DNA of 64,000 bases from Bacteroidota bacterium (lineage in GTDB: Bacteria > Bacteroidota > Bacteroidia > Cytophagales > Cyclobacteriaceae): the NCBI GenBank assembly GCA_018267135.1, contig JAFDZA010000015.1, positions 29,402 through 93,401 of the forward strand. Direction: 5' to 3'. Every line of letters starts with the position of its first letter. Within the stretch, counting starts at the first letter, position 1. Position numbers and translations under genes: made by a program. Below, piece by piece: positions 20,787 through 29,995 of the stretch. Under the pieces are notes generated by a model. It searched no databases. It saw nothing but the letters and a program-made list of their open reading frames with translations, and was not told where the DNA came from.

Positions 20787-22400
20787 ATGTTCATGAAAAA
20801 GATACTGTACACCTTTCTGTTGTCTTTTTTGGCGGCCGGGCTTTCTGCCCAGCAAAAAATAATTCGCCTTTACCCGGGCCCGGCACCCGGCTCTGAACGC
20901 TGGACTTGGGATGAAGCCGAGTTGGAACAAAATGCGTGGAACACCAAAATTGTTTACAACCTAAGTCAACCCACACTTACCGTTTTTCAGCCCGAGGCAG
21001 GAAAAGCCAATGGAACCGGAATTGTAATTTGCCCGGGCGGTGGGTTTCATGCGCTCTCGATCAACAGCGAAGGGTTTGATGTAGCCAAATGGCTGGTGCA
21101 AAAAGGAGTTACCTGTTTTGTATTAAAATACCGGTTGGTACACAGCCAAACCAACGACCCTATTGGCGAGATGAATGCCAAAATGGGGAAGGAAGAATGG
21201 GATAACGACATCAATGCGGTCATTCCATTAAGTATAGCCGATGGCCGGGCGGCCATTGCCTATGTGCGCCAACATGCAGACGAATATAACCTCGAAGCCG
21301 ACCGCATCGGCATTATGGGATTTTCTGCAGGGGGCACCGTAGCTGCCGCATCTTTGTTTAATTATTCTCCTGAAAACAAACCCAATTTTGTGGCGCCCAT
21401 TTACCCCTATTTTCCCTCGGCTATGATTGGCGCTATTGCCGATGATGCCCCCCCTTTGTTTATAACCGCGGCCACCGATGACGGACTGAATCTGGCACAA
21501 CACAGCGTTAATTTGTATAACGCCTGGCTGAAAGAAAAGAATGATGCCGAATTGCACATGTACGCCCGTGGCAACCATGGGTTTGGCATGCGCAAACAAA
21601 ACCTGCCCACCGATACGTGGATAGAACGGTTTGGCGAATGGCTCGGAGTGCAAGGATTGCTGGCGATGCCCGATCCGGTACTAAAACCTTTTCAGAAAAA
21701 ATATTTTGAGTATGGTGGCCACACGTTGCCCTACCGCATTCTATATCCGGAAGGGTATGATAAATCCAAAAAATACCCACTGGTTTTATTTTTGCATGGA
21801 GCAGGCGAGCGCGGCAACGACAACCAAAAGCAACTGGTACACGGAGCTAAATTATTTGCTAAAGAAGAAAACCGAAAAGCATTTCCGGCCATCGTTGTGT
21901 TTCCACAATGCCCGGAGGACAGCTATTGGGCTTCGGCCAAAATCGAACGATCGAAACAGCCTCTTCAAATTGAACTTGATTACACAACAGCCCCTCCGTG
22001 GCCTTTAGTATCGGCCAATGAGTTGGTAAAAAAACTATTGACCGAAGAAGCCGTAGATAAAACGAAAGTATATATCAGCGGGCTTTCGATGGGAGGCATG
22101 GGCACCTTTGAAGCCGTGTACCGCTATCCCACACTGTATGCAGCTGCCCTGCCTATTTGTGGCGGGGGCGATACCCAACATTACGATAAGCGCGTAGCTA
22201 AAACAGCCTTCTGGATTTTTCACGGCTCGGCCGATGAAATTGTAGATCCTAAATTGTCGCAGGCCATGCAGACGAAGCTGAAGCTATTAAAAACAGAAAA
22301 TAAATACACCGAATATCCGGGGGTAAACCACAACAGTTGGGACAGTGCCTTTGCCGAACCCGATTTCCTCGCCTGGATGTTTTCGCACAAAAGAAAGTGA
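20787..22400 (+). CDS. Two-domain alpha/beta-hydrolase (tandem esterase)
   Basis: Two nucleophile elbows (GFSAGG and GLSMGG), each with its own oxyanion motif (CPGGG; LHGAGERG) and late His (HGFG; HNSW); signal peptide. Confidence 0.8.
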   Translation: MFMKKILYTFLLSFLAAGLSAQQKIIRLYPGPAPGSERWTWDEAELEQNAWNTKIVYNLSQPTLTVFQPEAGKANGTGIVICPGGGFHALSINSEGFDVAKWLVQKGVTCFVLKYRLVHSQTNDPIGEMNAKMGKEEWDNDINAVIPLSIADGRAAIAYVRQHADEYNLEADRIGIMGFSAGGTVAAASLFNYSPENKPNFVAPIYPYFPSAMIGAIADDAPPLFITAATDDGLNLAQHSVNLYNAWLKEKNDAELHMYARGNHGFGMRKQNLPTDTWIERFGEWLGVQGLLAMPDPVLKPFQKKYFEYGGHTLPYRILYPEGYDKSKKYPLVLFLHGAGERGNDNQKQLVHGAKLFAKEENRKAFPAIVVFPQCPEDSYWASAKIERSKQPLQIELDYTTAPPWPLVSANELVKKLLTEEAVDKTKVYISGLSMGGMGTFEAVYRYPTLYAAALPICGGGDTQHYDKRVAKTAFWIFHGSADEIVDPKLSQAMQTKLKLLKTENKYTEYPGVNHNSWDSAFAEPDFLAWMFSHKRK

Positions 22401-22465
22401 ACGACTGCCGTTAGCGTAGAAAAAGGAGTTACCCTATCTTTGGCCATGGTATTTATCAGGCAAGC

Positions 22466-25400
22466 ATGAAGCGTGGGGTAACTTTTCTCTTTTTTTTAAC
22501 CGCAATTATATTCCCGGGAATTCTGTTGGCTCAATACAGCAATGGCTGGATTAACTTTAGCCAACCGTATTACAAAATTCCTGTTGCTCAGAATGGTATT
22601 TACCGGCTTACCTATTCCAATTTGCAATCGTCCGGCTTTCCGGTGGGCTCAGTAGATCCTCGGTTTATACGGGTTTACCATCGCGGGCAAGAGCAATCTA
22701 TTTATGTGCGGGGGCAAGCCGATGGGGTGTTTAATAGTTCTGATTATATTGAATTTTACGGCACTAAAAATGACGGTACATTAGATAGCTTGCTATACCG
22801 CCCTTCTTCTTTACAGCCGCACAAATACTACAATCTTTATTCTGATACCACGGCTTATTTTTTAACGTACGGAGCGGCTCCGCCTCGTGGTTTGCGCATG
22901 GACTCGGTTCAGTTTGTTAATGTTAGCGGTTTGCCGGCCGAGGCTTACCAGTATTCGCAGCGAAGGCTGATCAACCATGATCAATATTCTGCCGGGCTTA
23001 CCTTAAACGATGTAACCCAGTCCACATATTTTGATCAGGGCGAAGGGTGGACAGGGGTTGCATTACAGCAATCACAATCTGCTTATTACACCATTGACTC
23101 CCTGTTTAATGGGGTGGCCGCAGGCGGAAATCCCAAATTAGAAATGATGTTGGTAGGCCGCGACTTTATGCCGCATGCCTTGCAAATAAGTGTAGGAGCT
23201 ACTTTGGGTGGGCTGCGCACGCTGGTGTCTCCTAATTTTTCCGGATTTCAAACCTATCTGCTTACAGCCGATTTAAACTGGAGCGATATTGGTGCAGACG
23301 GAAAATTGGTAGTACAGATAACTGCTTTAAATGCCTCTACCAATCGGTATCAGGCCAGCGTATCATATATTAAGGTTACGTTTCCCCAGTCGTATAACTT
23401 TTCGGGGGTAAGCACTAAAAATTATGAGATGGCCATCAATGCCGGTGGGCAATCGTATGTATCCATTTCAAATGTACCGCCCGGCTTGCGGATGTTCGAT
23501 GTTACCAACCTGCAGGATATTGTGCGGATCCTTCCTTCTTCACCTCCTGTGTCTTCTTTTAATGCGATCGTGCCGGGCACATCGGCTACTAAAAATATAC
23601 TGGTATCAAATCAATTTTTTACTCCCCCTGTTATTCCGGTTTCATTTCGGCTGATTAACCCGGCCGGTGCTAATTATATCATCATCACAAATAAAATTTT
23701 ACAAGGCCCTGGACTCTCATATGCCAACCCGGTAAAAGCGTATGCAGCTTATCGTGCTTCAGCAGCCGGTGGCGCTTACGACACGCTGGTGGTAAATATA
23801 GATCAATTGTATAATCAGTTTAACTATGGAGAAACATCTCCGGCAGCGATTTATAGTTTTATGAAATTTATGGTAGGGCAGGGAAATATTAAATATCTTT
23901 TTTTAATAGGGAAGGGGCGAGACATTACTTACTCAGCGTATCAGCGTTTGCCGGTGCCGCCTACTGAATTGCGCGACCTGGTGCCTTCAGCCGGATACCC
24001 CGGAGGCGATGCCGCCTATACTGCTCACTTAGGGGTGGCAGGCGATGAAGAGGCTGTACCTACTGGCCGGCTGCCTGCGATTAGTGCCACGCAGGTAGCA
24101 GCTTACTTAAATAAAATAAAGGATCATGAATCCAAATCCATTCAGCCATGGATGAAAAATATTTTGCATTTGAGTGGAGGTGGCTATGATGCGGGGCAAT
24201 CAGAATTAACTGCATTTCGTGCTGTTATGGATGGGTTTGCATCCATTGCACGCGGGCCTTATTTAGGTGGGCTGGTATCTACCATTTCAAAGCAGACTAC
24301 CGATGTTCAGAAAATCAATGTATCTACCAGCGTGAACCAAGGCGTAAATCTGGTTACCTTCTTTGGCCACTCCTCGTCCAGTACGATCGATATAGATATT
24401 GGCAATGTGGATGACCCCACGCTGGGTTACAGCAATCAGGGAAAATACCCGGTATTTCTGATTAACGGCTGCAATGCCGGAACCATTTTTGCCAACGAAG
24501 TAACCTTTGGCGAAAACTGGTTGCTGGCTACGCAGTTGGGTTCGCGAAATTTTATAGGCAGTACTTCGTTTGGATATTCTAACGAACTTCAAATTTATTC
24601 TAACTTGTTTTATACGGTAGGCTTTGCCGATTCTACTTTTATAAAAAAAGGAATTGGCGACATTCAGCGCGAATTAGGAAAACGCTTTCTGGCACAAAAT
24701 GGAGTTACCATGATCAGCATAGGGCAGGTGCAGCAGATGGTACTCTCGGGCGACCCGGCCGTAAAGCTCTTTGGCACAAACCTGCCCGACTATTCGGTGG
24801 ATAATAGTTCACTGTTCATAGCTTCATTGGATGGGAAACCGGTAACGGCTATCAGTAATTCGTTTGCTTTAAAAATTATTATAAAAAACCTGGGGGCGAC
24901 CCATGCTATCCCCATGAAAGTGCGTGTCATCAGAACATTTAACGACAACTCCACCCAATCCTACGATTCTACCTTTGCTCCGGTAACCAATCTGGATACA
25001 CTTACTTTTATTCTTCATAAAGTAGCTACAAATGGATATGGCAATAATCTGTTTACCGTAATTGTAGATCCGTTAAATACCATCAAAGAAATTTCAAAAA
25101 CCAACAATACCGCTTCGCTCAGTTATTTTATGCCATCTAATGGAACGCTGAATTTATTCCCACCCGATTTCGGAATTGTTAATTCAGGCTCTCTAAACGT
25201 AGTGTTTCAAGATGCCAACCTGCTGGGGCAGACGCGAAGTTTTACCGTACAAATAGATACGGTGAATACATTTAACAGCCCCTTTCTGCAGACACAAACG
25301 ATTAATGGAAAAGTGCTGGTGAAATGCCCCGTTACTATCACTCCGAAAGACTCGTTAGTTTATTATTGGCGAACGAAACCCGTGCCGCTCAATACTTCGG

Positions 25401-27406
25401 ACAATGCCAACTGGTCCACTTCTTCTTTTGTCGTTATTTTTGGCAGCCGCACAGGTTGGGCGCAAACTAAATTTGCTCAGCTAACGGAAAACACATTAAC
25501 GAATGTCGGCCCCGACTACTCCAAACAAAAAATCAATTTTATAAAAAATGTTTCGCAGGTAAATGTTAAATCTATCGGCTCTACCAGCGCATCGCCTTTT
25601 ACAGAGGCGTCTATAAAAATAAACGGAGTAGAGTACGATGTGGGCGTGCAGGTAGTTTGCCGACCTAATACAATTAACCTGGTGGCATTTAATAAAAAAA
25701 CTGCGTTGCCGTATGCCGGGGTAGTTTTATATGATAACGATCCGCGCGGGTGCGGCCTTTTTCCTTCGGTTATCAACAGTTTTCTTTCTACCGAACTGCA
25801 AGCTCCGGATGGCATTAACTTAATGACGTATGTAGATAATGTAAGCCCCGGAGATTCGGTAATTTTATTTACGGAAGGCAATGCTGCTTTTTCTACGTGG
25901 TCATCCACGGTGTTAACAAAGCTGAATAACCTGGGCATAGCTTCTTCGCAAATTACTTCACTGCAGGATGGGGAGCCGGTTATTATTTTAGCCCGGAAAA
26001 ACGCACCGGCCGGAACGGCAAAGGTGATCCGTTCGCCTTTAACACCCTCTACATCGGCCGACTTGGCCGTGACCACCACCATCACCGGAGGATTTTCTTC
26101 GGGCACGATCCGATCTCCTTTAATTGGCCCGGCACACAGTTGGGGCACATTTTCTTACAAGACGGCCACGCCCGATGCCACCGATCAAGTTACTTTTTCA
26201 ATTTTTGGAGAATCGCTTACCGGACAGGAAACTCTCTTGCAGGCCAACGCTACATCCGGATTGGATTTGTCGTTTATTAACCCGGTGCAATACCCACAAT
26301 TGAAAGTTCAGGTTTCGGTAGCTGATACGGTTAATTTTTCGGCCCCTCAACTTCGTCAGTGGTTTGTGTTTTATCAACCCGTGGCCGATGGGTTATTATA
26401 TTTCAATGGCTCCACAACCCTCCAAACTCTTCACGAAGGGCAACTCTTTACCGGGCAATATGGGTTTGTAAATATTTCCTCACAAAATTTTACCGATTCA
26501 CTGCTGGTGCAACGCGATGTAAAAAATTTGACGAAAGCATCGGATGAAATGCAACTCTTTAAGATTAAACAACCGGCTCCGGGCGATACCACAAAATTTT
26601 CTATACAGGTGAACACGGTAGGAAAAGCCGGGCTAAACGATGTTACGGTTTTTGTTAACCCCAAAATACAACCGGAGCAATACTATGAGAATAATATTAT
26701 TTCGCTGAGCAGCTATCTGAATGTGTTGGCAGATAAGTCGGCTCCGGCATTAGAGGTAACGGTAGATGGCCGGTATCTTCAAAATGGAGATTTTGTTTCG
26801 CCCAGTCCCTTCATTAAAGCCAAACTGATAGATGGAAATCCGTTCTTACCCGTTCAGGATACAACCCATCTTAATTTATTTCTTACCTATCCATGCACGA
26901 ACACCCCATGCCCTATACAACGCATTGCCTTTAGCCGCAGCGATGTAACCTGGACACCCGCCACGGCCAACTCTGATTTTTTCATTTCTTTTCACCCAGC
27001 TAATTTGCCGGAAGGAGAATATACTCTTTTGGCCACCGGGTCTGATGAAAGCGGCAACCGTAGTGGGGCACAACCTTATGCTGTCAGCTTTCAGGTAAAA
27101 GATGAAACTACGTTGTCTTTAAAATCGGTGTACCCCAATCCTTCAAATGATTTGTTCAATTTTAATTTTGTGCTTTCGGGCAATGTGCTGCCCGATGAGT
27201 TCTCGCTTCAACTGTTTTCAGCCGAAGGAAATCTGTTGAGTCAGTTTAATCAAAACGATATAGGTCGCTTTATTATAGGGAATAACATTTTGCCGTGGAG
27301 CGCGGGGCAGGCTAATGTGGCTGCCGGACTCATTATTTATAAAATGAGCATTCGTGCCAACGGAAAAATGGTTACCCAAACGGGTAAACTGATCGTTACC
27401 CGGTAG
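22466..27406 (+). CDS. C25 (gingipain-family) peptidase-domain protein, PorU-like, with type IX secretion C-terminal domain
   Basis: 1646 aa; C25 dyad motifs FFGHSS and INGCNAG; GRLP; CARDB-like segment; C-terminal YPNP...GKLIVTR sorting signal. Confidence 0.8.
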   Translation: MKRGVTFLFFLTAIIFPGILLAQYSNGWINFSQPYYKIPVAQNGIYRLTYSNLQSSGFPVGSVDPRFIRVYHRGQEQSIYVRGQADGVFNSSDYIEFYGTKNDGTLDSLLYRPSSLQPHKYYNLYSDTTAYFLTYGAAPPRGLRMDSVQFVNVSGLPAEAYQYSQRRLINHDQYSAGLTLNDVTQSTYFDQGEGWTGVALQQSQSAYYTIDSLFNGVAAGGNPKLEMMLVGRDFMPHALQISVGATLGGLRTLVSPNFSGFQTYLLTADLNWSDIGADGKLVVQITALNASTNRYQASVSYIKVTFPQSYNFSGVSTKNYEMAINAGGQSYVSISNVPPGLRMFDVTNLQDIVRILPSSPPVSSFNAIVPGTSATKNILVSNQFFTPPVIPVSFRLINPAGANYIIITNKILQGPGLSYANPVKAYAAYRASAAGGAYDTLVVNIDQLYNQFNYGETSPAAIYSFMKFMVGQGNIKYLFLIGKGRDITYSAYQRLPVPPTELRDLVPSAGYPGGDAAYTAHLGVAGDEEAVPTGRLPAISATQVAAYLNKIKDHESKSIQPWMKNILHLSGGGYDAGQSELTAFRAVMDGFASIARGPYLGGLVSTISKQTTDVQKINVSTSVNQGVNLVTFFGHSSSSTIDIDIGNVDDPTLGYSNQGKYPVFLINGCNAGTIFANEVTFGENWLLATQLGSRNFIGSTSFGYSNELQIYSNLFYTVGFADSTFIKKGIGDIQRELGKRFLAQNGVTMISIGQVQQMVLSGDPAVKLFGTNLPDYSVDNSSLFIASLDGKPVTAISNSFALKIIIKNLGATHAIPMKVRVIRTFNDNSTQSYDSTFAPVTNLDTLTFILHKVATNGYGNNLFTVIVDPLNTIKEISKTNNTASLSYFMPSNGTLNLFPPDFGIVNSGSLNVVFQDANLLGQTRSFTVQIDTVNTFNSPFLQTQTINGKVLVKCPVTITPKDSLVYYWRTKPVPLNTSDNANWSTSSFVVIFGSRTGWAQTKFAQLTENTLTNVGPDYSKQKINFIKNVSQVNVKSIGSTSASPFTEASIKINGVEYDVGVQVVCRPNTINLVAFNKKTALPYAGVVLYDNDPRGCGLFPSVINSFLSTELQAPDGINLMTYVDNVSPGDSVILFTEGNAAFSTWSSTVLTKLNNLGIASSQITSLQDGEPVIILARKNAPAGTAKVIRSPLTPSTSADLAVTTTITGGFSSGTIRSPLIGPAHSWGTFSYKTATPDATDQVTFSIFGESLTGQETLLQANATSGLDLSFINPVQYPQLKVQVSVADTVNFSAPQLRQWFVFYQPVADGLLYFNGSTTLQTLHEGQLFTGQYGFVNISSQNFTDSLLVQRDVKNLTKASDEMQLFKIKQPAPGDTTKFSIQVNTVGKAGLNDVTVFVNPKIQPEQYYENNIISLSSYLNVLADKSAPALEVTVDGRYLQNGDFVSPSPFIKAKLIDGNPFLPVQDTTHLNLFLTYPCTNTPCPIQRIAFSRSDVTWTPATANSDFFISFHPANLPEGEYTLLATGSDESGNRSGAQPYAVSFQVKDETTLSLKSVYPNPSNDLFNFNFVLSGNVLPDEFSLQLFSAEGNLLSQFNQNDIGRFIIGNNILPWSAGQANVAAGLIIYKMSIRANGKMVTQTGKLIVTR

Positions 27407-27407
27407 C

Positions 27408-27878
27408 TTAATGATGATGCCCCCCGGGACCGTGTACGTGGCCATGGTCTAATTCTTCCGGAGTAGCTTCGCGCACGCTCACGACCTCAACTGCAAAATT
27501 TAATTCTACACCCGCCAGCGGATGATTGGCATCTACTGTTACTTCGCTTAGCCCCACCTCGGTTACGGTTACCACCTGCCCGTGGTCGGTGTGAAACTGC
27601 ATCCCCTTTTTTACTTCGGCATTGCCAAATGCTGAACGCGGCACTCGCTGTACCATGTTTGGGTCTTTAGCGCCATATCCTTTTTCAGGACTTACTTTTA
27701 GATTTAGTTTATCTCCTTTTTGTTTGCCTTCTAATCCTTCTTCCATTCCGGGGATGAGGTTGCCGATTCCCTGAATATAAATAAGGGGGTCGCGTCCTTC
27801 GCTGCTGTCCAATACTTTGCCCGAGTTATCGGTAAGGGTGTAATGAATGGAGGCTACTTTGTGTTTTGAAATTTGCAT
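27408..27878 (-). CDS. slyD: FKBP-type peptidyl-prolyl isomerase SlyD
   Basis: VASIHYTL, GNLIPGMEEGL, DANHPLAG, His-rich tail HGHVHGPGGHHH. Real start ATG 27878; the ORF-track extension to 28019 overlaps the kinase gene. Confidence 0.92.
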   Translation of the reverse strand: MQISKHKVASIHYTLTDNSGKVLDSSEGRDPLIYIQGIGNLIPGMEEGLEGKQKGDKLNLKVSPEKGYGAKDPNMVQRVPRSAFGNAEVKKGMQFHTDHGQVVTVTEVGLSEVTVDANHPLAGVELNFAVEVVSVREATPEELDHGHVHGPGGHHH

Positions 27879-27922
27879 ATTGATTTTTTTTTGTAAAACT
27901 ACTTTTATTATTGAATAGATAA

Positions 27923-29311
27923 TCAGGCCTGATGGAAATACAAGCTGACGGTGGTGCCTTCGCCTGGTTGGGATTCCATATTCATCTGGCCGCCATGTAC
28001 ATTTACAATTTGTTTGCATAAATAGAGCCCGATTCCATTCCCTGCTACCTGATCTTTGGATTTACTGCTTCGGTAAAAAGGCTTGAATATTTTACTTATT
28101 TCAGACTGGTCAATTCCTTGTCCCCGGTCTTTAATGGTTATTCTTACTTCACTACTGGTATAATCAATGAGCACATCTACCGGCTTATTGTCATCGCTGT
28201 ATTTGAGGGCGTTTTCGATCAGGTTGATAAATAAGGCGCGCAGCAAATCGGCATTGCCCTCTACCATCAGCACGCTGTCGTCCACCGGGTCTTTGCTGTA
28301 TTCAATATTTATTTTTCGGTTTCCCCGGGGAATACGTGTAATAGAATGAACGGCTTCAAAAACAATTTCGTCCATGCGCACTTTAGAGAAATAGATCTCA
28401 TATTTATCGCGGGTAACTTGGGCCAGCCATAAAAGCTGTTCGCTTAACCGCACCAGCCGTTTTACTTCGGCCCGAAAAGAGGTAAGTTGTGTTTTTAGAG
28501 CTTCCTCATTTTTTTCCAACATGGCCACCTCCAGTTCGCCCAGAATAATGGATAGGGGGGTGCGGATTTCGTGCGATACGTTGGCAATAAAAACCTTTTG
28601 AGTTTGAAACGATCGTTCCAGCCGCGAGATCAGCCCGTTAATATTTTTTATTAACAACATTATTTCTTTGGCCTCATTTTCAGTAGCCAACCGTTTGCTG
28701 AGGTTGTGCTCCGATATTTCTTTCAGTCCCGTGTTAATGCGGGTAAAGGGCATCACCAGCCGGTAGGCAAACAACCACCCCACCAAAGCGGTTACGACCA
28801 TAGAAACTAAAGCAGATATAATGAGTAAATATTTAAGGCTGGATGTTTTTTGCGCTCCTACCGTATCAGGAGCCTCAACAAAAATAATGTGGTTGCCTTC
28901 GTTATCGCGGTAAAGTATTCCTAGCGATTGGTGCTCACCCGAAACCGCCATCATGGTTTCCTTAAAGTGTACATCCGCTAAAACGGAAGCCGGTTTGGGT
29001 TTCCTTAACAGGGTAGCCGGCTCGGAAAAAATCCGTTCGTTTTTTGAGTTATAGACTTCAATGGTTTCACCGGGCAACCCGTTTGCAAAAATTTCCTCTG
29101 CTTTTTTAAAGGAAAGAGAATCCAGTTCGTCTTTTTCCAAAATCAGGTTGGCGGTGGTTTTGGCCCGCTCCTGAAGCCGTTCAAAAAAAAGATTCTGTTG
29201 TGTCTCTTTAGAAAAAAAATAAATGAACCAGGCAAAAAGTCCCAGCAGAAGAGAAACAATCAGGGTAAATACAATTGTTATCCGAAACTTGAGACTTATT
29301 CCGCTGGGCAT
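27923..29311 (-). CDS. Sensor histidine kinase (HAMP-HisKA-HATPase)
   Basis: Two TM helices, H-box VSHEIRTPL, N-box NLIENALKYS, G-boxes DRGQGI and GNGIGL. Confidence 0.93.
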   Translation of the reverse strand: MPSGISLKFRITIVFTLIVSLLLGLFAWFIYFFSKETQQNLFFERLQERAKTTANLILEKDELDSLSFKKAEEIFANGLPGETIEVYNSKNERIFSEPATLLRKPKPASVLADVHFKETMMAVSGEHQSLGILYRDNEGNHIIFVEAPDTVGAQKTSSLKYLLIISALVSMVVTALVGWLFAYRLVMPFTRINTGLKEISEHNLSKRLATENEAKEIMLLIKNINGLISRLERSFQTQKVFIANVSHEIRTPLSIILGELEVAMLEKNEEALKTQLTSFRAEVKRLVRLSEQLLWLAQVTRDKYEIYFSKVRMDEIVFEAVHSITRIPRGNRKINIEYSKDPVDDSVLMVEGNADLLRALFINLIENALKYSDDNKPVDVLIDYTSSEVRITIKDRGQGIDQSEISKIFKPFYRSSKSKDQVAGNGIGLYLCKQIVNVHGGQMNMESQPGEGTTVSLYFHQA

Positions 29312-29315
29312 AATG

Positions 29316-29984
29316 CTACCGGATTACATAGCCTACCCCCACTACGGTTTGAATCAACGGAATGTCATACCCCTTATCTACTTTTTTGCGGAGCATATTG
29401 ATATATACATCTACATTGTTGTCGTTCAGGTCGTAAGGTCTTTCCCAGGCACGCTCTGAAATTTGAGAGCGGGAGAGCACCCGCCCCTGGTTGCGCATCA
29501 GGTATTCAAGCAGGGTAAATTCTTTCAGGGTGAGTTGAATTACTTTTCCTCCTCGTTTGGCCTGCCGCCCCGATAGGTCCAGTTCCAGATCATTACATTT
29601 TAGTATAGTATTTTGTTTCAGGTCGCTGCCTCTGCGCAGCAAAGCCCGGATGCGGGCAATGAGTTCGACCGACTCAAATGGCTTGGACATGTAGTCGTCT
29701 GCCCCAGCTTCCAGCCCGCGCACGGTGTCGTCAGTGGCATCTAATGCCGAAAGGATCAGGATCGGAATAGAGGCATCGGTTTCCCGAATTTTTTTACATA
29801 ACGTGAGGCCGCTTTCGCCCGGAAGCATCACATCAATAATCAGTATGTCGTACTGGTTTTCGTTGAAGTGCTGCAAGCCTACTATTCCATTGCTGGCCAG
29901 GTCAACAATGTACCCGTGTTCGCTTAAAATGCGCTTAATTACTTGCGCCATTTTGTCTTCGTCTTCTACTGCTAAGATTCTCAT
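29316..29984 (-). CDS. OmpR/CusR-family response regulator
   Basis: Receiver domain (VEDE, DVMLP, KPF) plus winged helix (LTLKEFTLLEYL, TVVGVGY). Confidence 0.95.
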   Translation of the reverse strand: MRILAVEDEDKMAQVIKRILSEHGYIVDLASNGIVGLQHFNENQYDILIIDVMLPGESGLTLCKKIRETDASIPILILSALDATDDTVRGLEAGADDYMSKPFESVELIARIRALLRRGSDLKQNTILKCNDLELDLSGRQAKRGGKVIQLTLKEFTLLEYLMRNQGRVLSRSQISERAWERPYDLNDNNVDVYINMLRKKVDKGYDIPLIQTVVGVGYVIR

Positions 29985-29995
29985 AATTTGTTTTT

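Noticed and set aside
27879-28019. 47-aa N-terminal extension of SlyD in the ORF track
   Set aside because: Overlaps the kinase 3' end; SlyD homology begins at ATG 27878.
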